DNA of 64,000 nucleotides, taken from contig OZ219858.1 of NCBI GenBank assembly GCA_964291395.2, positions 800,001 through 864,000 of the forward strand, given 5' to 3'. Numbering within the stretch: the stretch's first letter is position 1; each line of letters starts with the position of its first letter. Origin of the DNA: Alphaproteobacteria bacterium (lineage in GTDB: Bacteria > Pseudomonadota > Alphaproteobacteria > UBA2966). A program made the translations under genes and the position numbers. Positions 60,783 to 64,000 of the stretch are shown in pieces. The notes beneath the pieces are model-generated. The model was not told the origin of the DNA. It saw only the letters and a program-made list of their open reading frames with translations, and did not search any database.

Positions 60783-61504
60783 TCCTCTACCCGGCGATCG
60801 ATCTCAAGGATGGTCATTGCGTGCGTCTCCTGCGTGGTGACATGGAGTCGGCCACCGTTTTCAACGACGACCCGGCGGCCCAGGCGCGAGCATTCGAATC
60901 GGCGGGGTTTCAATGGATTCACATCGTCGACCTCGATGGTGCCTTCGCGGGGAGGCCGGTCAACGCGGATGCCGTGGAAGACATCCTCTCTGCCGTCTCG
61001 ATCCCGGTGCAACTTGGCGGTGGCATTCGGGATCTGGAGACCGCCGCCGCGTGGCTCGATCGCGGCGTGCGACGGGTGATATTCGGAACCGCCGCGGTTG
61101 AGAACCCCCACGTTGTGTGTGAGGCCTGCCGCGAATACCCGGGGCGGGTCGTCATCGGTATCGACGCGCGGGACGGCCGAGTCGCCACCGACGGTTGGGC
61201 CGCGGAGGCGATGGTAGCCGCCATTGAGCTGGCTGCGGAATTCGAGAGTGTCGGGGTTTCTGCATTCGTCTATACCGACATCAACCGCGATGGCGCGATG
61301 GCAGGCCCCAACGTGGAGGCCACCGAGGCCTTCGTTCGACAAACGGAAGTGCCCGTAATCGCGAGCGGGGGCGTGTCCTCTCTCGACGATCTGGCGGCTC
61401 TGAAACGTATCGGCCCGTACGGCCTGGACGGTGTGATTTCGGGCCGGGCGCTGTACGACGGCCGCATCGTCCCTGCCGACGCCCTCAAATTGCTGGCCGC
61501 TTGA
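60779..61504 (+). CDS. hisA: HisA isomerase
   Basis: YPAIDL, HIVDLDGA, QLGGGIR, TDINRDG, IASGG. Confidence 0.97.
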   Translation: MILYPAIDLKDGHCVRLLRGDMESATVFNDDPAAQARAFESAGFQWIHIVDLDGAFAGRPVNADAVEDILSAVSIPVQLGGGIRDLETAAAWLDRGVRRVIFGTAAVENPHVVCEACREYPGRVVIGIDARDGRVATDGWAAEAMVAAIELAAEFESVGVSAFVYTDINRDGAMAGPNVEATEAFVRQTEVPVIASGGVSSLDDLAALKRIGPYGLDGVISGRALYDGRIVPADALKLLAA

Positions 61505-61516
61505 GGAGCGGACCCC

Positions 61517-62275
61517 ATGCTGAAGCCACGCATCATCCCCTGCCTCGACGTTCGCGGCGGCCGCGTGGTGAAAGGGATCAACTTCGTGGATTTGGTAGAC
61601 GCCGGGGATCCGGTGGAACAGGCCGGCGTCTATGACTCTCAAGGCGCGGACGAGCTGTGCTTTCTCGATATCACCGCCAGCCATGAAGGCCGCGAGCCGC
61701 TCTTGGATGTCGTCTCGGGGACCGCGGAACAGTGCTTCATGCCACTGACGGTGGGCGGCGGAATTCGCACGCTTGACGATATCCGGGCGTTACTGCTTGC
61801 CGGTGCCGACAAGGTTTCCATCAACACGGCGGCCGTGCACCGACCCGAGTTCGTTTCCGAGGCGGCCCACAAGTTCGGCAGCCAGTGCATCGTCGTGGCG
61901 GTCGATGCCAAGCGGAGTGAAGCCGGGCGGTACGAAATTTTCACGCACGGGGGGCGCGAGGCCACGGGGATCGAGGCGATTTCCTGGTGCCGCCGCATGG
62001 CCGAGCTTGGCGCCGGGGAGATTCTCCTCACGTCTATGGATCGGGATGGTACGCGCGAGGGGTTCGATATCGAACTCACGCGATCCGTCGCAGACTCGGT
62101 GCCCGTACCGGTCGTCGCCAGCGGTGGCGTGGGAACGCTCGAGCATCTGGTCGAGGGTATCCGGTCGGGTCACGCGACGGCAGTCTTGGCCGCTTCCATC
62201 TTCCACTTCGGTATATTCAGCATTCCGCAAGCAAAAGCCTACGTCGGCAAGGCCGGCATTCCCGTTCGGCGATAA
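61517..62275 (+). CDS. hisF: Imidazole glycerol phosphate synthase cyclase
   Basis: [33 protein letters not shown]. Confidence 0.97.
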   Translation: MLKPRIIPCLDVRGGRVVKGINFVDLVDAGDPVEQAGVYDSQGADELCFLDITASHEGREPLLDVVSGTAEQCFMPLTVGGGIRTLDDIRALLLAGADKVSINTAAVHRPEFVSEAAHKFGSQCIVVAVDAKRSEAGRYEIFTHGGREATGIEAISWCRRMAELGAGEILLTSMDRDGTREGFDIELTRSVADSVPVPVVASGGVGTLEHLVEGIRSGHATAVLAASIFHFGIFSIPQAKAYVGKAGIPVRR

Positions 62276-62378
62276 CGTGCTGGCGCTCCGTGTGCATGGC
62301 GGCGATGACACGACCTTTGCGATCTGATACCCAGACGCATTCCGTCGCCGGGGCAACCACTGCGGAGCGGTGAGGCGC

Positions 62379-62744
62379 ATGACCGAGGACACGCTGGATG
62401 GTTCGGCGATCGATCGCCTGTTTGCCACCATCGAAGACCGGAAAGCCGCTGATCCGGAAGAAAGTTACACGGCCAGGCTATACGCACGGGGGCGCGCCAA
62501 GATCGCTCAAAAGACCGGTGAAGAAGCGGTGGAGACGATCATTGCCGCGATGGCGGGAGACGCGGAAGAGGTGGCAAAGGAGAGTGCGGACCTGCTCTAT
62601 CATTTGCTCGTCCTCTGGTCCGAGGCAGGCGTTTGCCCGGCCGACGTTTACGCTCGCCTCGCCAAGCGCGAGGGCATATCAGGCCTGGAGGAGAAGCGGC
62701 GCCGAGGCGGCGGCCGGGACTTTGGCGGCTCGAGTCGGGCTTGA
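62379..62744 (+). CDS. hisE: Phosphoribosyl-ATP diphosphatase
   Basis: SYTARL, KTGEEAVE, ESADLLYH. Confidence 0.95.
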   Translation: MTEDTLDGSAIDRLFATIEDRKAADPEESYTARLYARGRAKIAQKTGEEAVETIIAAMAGDAEEVAKESADLLYHLLVLWSEAGVCPADVYARLAKREGISGLEEKRRRGGGRDFGGSSRA

Positions 62745-62815
62745 ACGGCCATGGAGAGGCCGCCACGCGGTCCGTCGGGTATCCGGCGGGGGATGCATCA
62801 GGCTGGAGGGGTTGA

Positions 62816-63181
62816 ATGGCCTACGACGACGAGAACATTTTCGCCAAGATCCTGCGCGGCGAGATTCCATGCGACAAGGTGTACGAGGACGATCATGCGC
62901 TGGCGTTCAACGACATCAGTCCCCAGCGGCCGGTGCATGTGTTGGTCATTCCCAAAGGCCGGTACGTCGACGCCGATGATTTTGCGGCGAACGCCTCGGA
63001 TGCCGAGATCGCCGGATTGTTCCGGGCCGTCGGTGAGGTCGCGAAGAAGACCGATGTCGCGAAAGATGGCTATCGCATCCTTTCCAATATCGGGGCACAC
63101 GGCCATCAGGAGGTTCCCCACTTCCACATTCATGTGTTTGGGGGCGCCGATACCGGCCCGATGATCAAGCGTCAGGAATAG
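62816..63181 (+). CDS. HIT family nucleotide-binding protein
   Basis: IFAKILRGEIP, QEVPHFHIH. Confidence 0.94.
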   Translation: MAYDDENIFAKILRGEIPCDKVYEDDHALAFNDISPQRPVHVLVIPKGRYVDADDFAANASDAEIAGLFRAVGEVAKKTDVAKDGYRILSNIGAHGHQEVPHFHIHVFGGADTGPMIKRQE

Positions 63182-63192
63182 CGTCGGTCCGG

Positions 63193-64000
63193 TCACGTCG
63201 CCGCGCCGGATCGCGCGGCTTCGCTGTCTTCCAGCATGGTCTCCAAGCCTTCCGATATCAGGTAGACGGCGATCGGCTCCGTGCGCCCGCGCACCTCGAT
63301 ATCCCGGCTGGGAAATCGGGAGAGATCGGCGCCGGCGTGCTCGGCGACGTCGTGACTCGTGAGGAGCTTGCATCGGAACTCCTTGGTCGCGGCTTCGAGG
63401 CGGCTCGCGGTGTTGACGGTATCTCCCATAGCCGTGAGCGACATGATCTCGCCGTATCCCATCTCGCCGACGATGGCCGTTCCGACGTGGATGCCGAGCC
63501 CCATGCGGAGCGGTTCCGTGATCTGATGCCGTAACGTTTCGTTGAGCGTGTTCAGGGCGCGTGCCATGGCCTGAGCCGCCGCCAACGCCTCCCTGCAGCC
63601 TTGTTGGGGTCCGCTCTCGATGCCGAACAAGGCCATGATTCCGTCGCCGATGTACTTGTCTACACGCCCCCCGGCTTCGTCGATCGCCTTGCCCATGACG
63701 TGGAAATACTGGTTGAGAATGAACACCACGTCATAGGGTAACCGCCCGTAGCTGAATTTGGTGAACGCGCGCAGATCGGCGAACAGCACGGCGATCTCGC
63801 GTTCGTCGCCGGCGAGGTACCTGGCGCGGCTGAGGGCGTCCTTGGTTGTTGCCGTTGGCGGCAGCAACGGTGTGACTTGGATATCGACCGCCGGCCGTAG
63901 CTGGCAGGCCAGACGCACCCCCTCCGGCGCCCCGACTCGATGCAAAACCCGGAGTTCGTCGCCGCCTGCGGGCGGCAACTCGCCATCGGTGACCTCGACG
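63193..64000 (-). CDS. Class III adenylate/guanylate cyclase preceded by the end of a 2Fe-2S ferredoxin domain; 5'-truncated by the window edge
   Basis: RLACQ, LFADLRAFT, DKYIGDGIMALFG, GDTVNTASRLE. Confidence 0.9.
   Translation of the reverse strand, partial: VEVTDGELPPAGGDELRVLHRVGAPEGVRLACQLRPAVDIQVTPLLPPTATTKDALSRARYLAGDEREIAVLFADLRAFTKFSYGRLPYDVVFILNQYFHVMGKAIDEAGGRVDKYIGDGIMALFGIESGPQQGCREALAAAQAMARALNTLNETLRHQITEPLRMGLGIHVGTAIVGEMGYGEIMSLTAMGDTVNTASRLEAATKEFRCKLLTSHDVAEHAGADLSRFPSRDIEVRGRTEPIAVYLISEGLETMLEDSEAARSGAAT

Noticed and set aside
62276-63181. hisI absent from the his cluster
   Set aside because: A split his operon with hisE followed by HIT is normal in Alphaproteobacteria.
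1-64000. CRISPR array, rRNA, retron or other defence locus, intact IS or prophage
   Set aside because: No regularly spaced repeats and no cas, reverse transcriptase, transposase or phage structural genes were recognised.

Overview
High-GC alphaproteobacterial (Rhodospirillales-like) chromosome segment. The right half (about 29.4-64 kb) is the conserved origin region: tRNA-Ala(CGC), yggT, folD, parB-parA-rsmG-mnmG-mnmE with two parS sites, pyrE, rho-hemJ-hemH-hemE, a likely oriC between hemE and ppsR, then maf-aroE-coaE-dnaQ, secB-fxsA, tim44-mltA-(lutABC)-smr, hslUV and the his operon. The left half (1-29.4 kb), downstream of the tRNA 3' end, is an accessory mosaic. It holds an integrase 5' end, a sulfotransferase next to a CysNC whose GTPase is degenerate, catabolic and detox genes (TauD, GSTs, SDRs, a Neverland/KshA-like Rieske oxygenase, gapdh-arsJ, a persulfide dioxygenase-rhodanese fusion) and several eroded gene remnants. 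Its most notable part is an ~8.3 kb iron module carrying about eight Fur-type boxes: hemP, an unknown CxxC protein, bfd, bfr, a secreted DUF4856-like protein, an in-frame fusion of a di-iron sterol-desaturase-family membrane domain with a FutA/FbpA Fe(III)-binding protein, a permease, and a Fur-boxed promoter with no recognisable gene. A second notable signal is a canonical tandem NrdR-box pair between mnmE and pyrE with no nrd gene in the window. All family calls come from motif recognition by eye; no searches were run.
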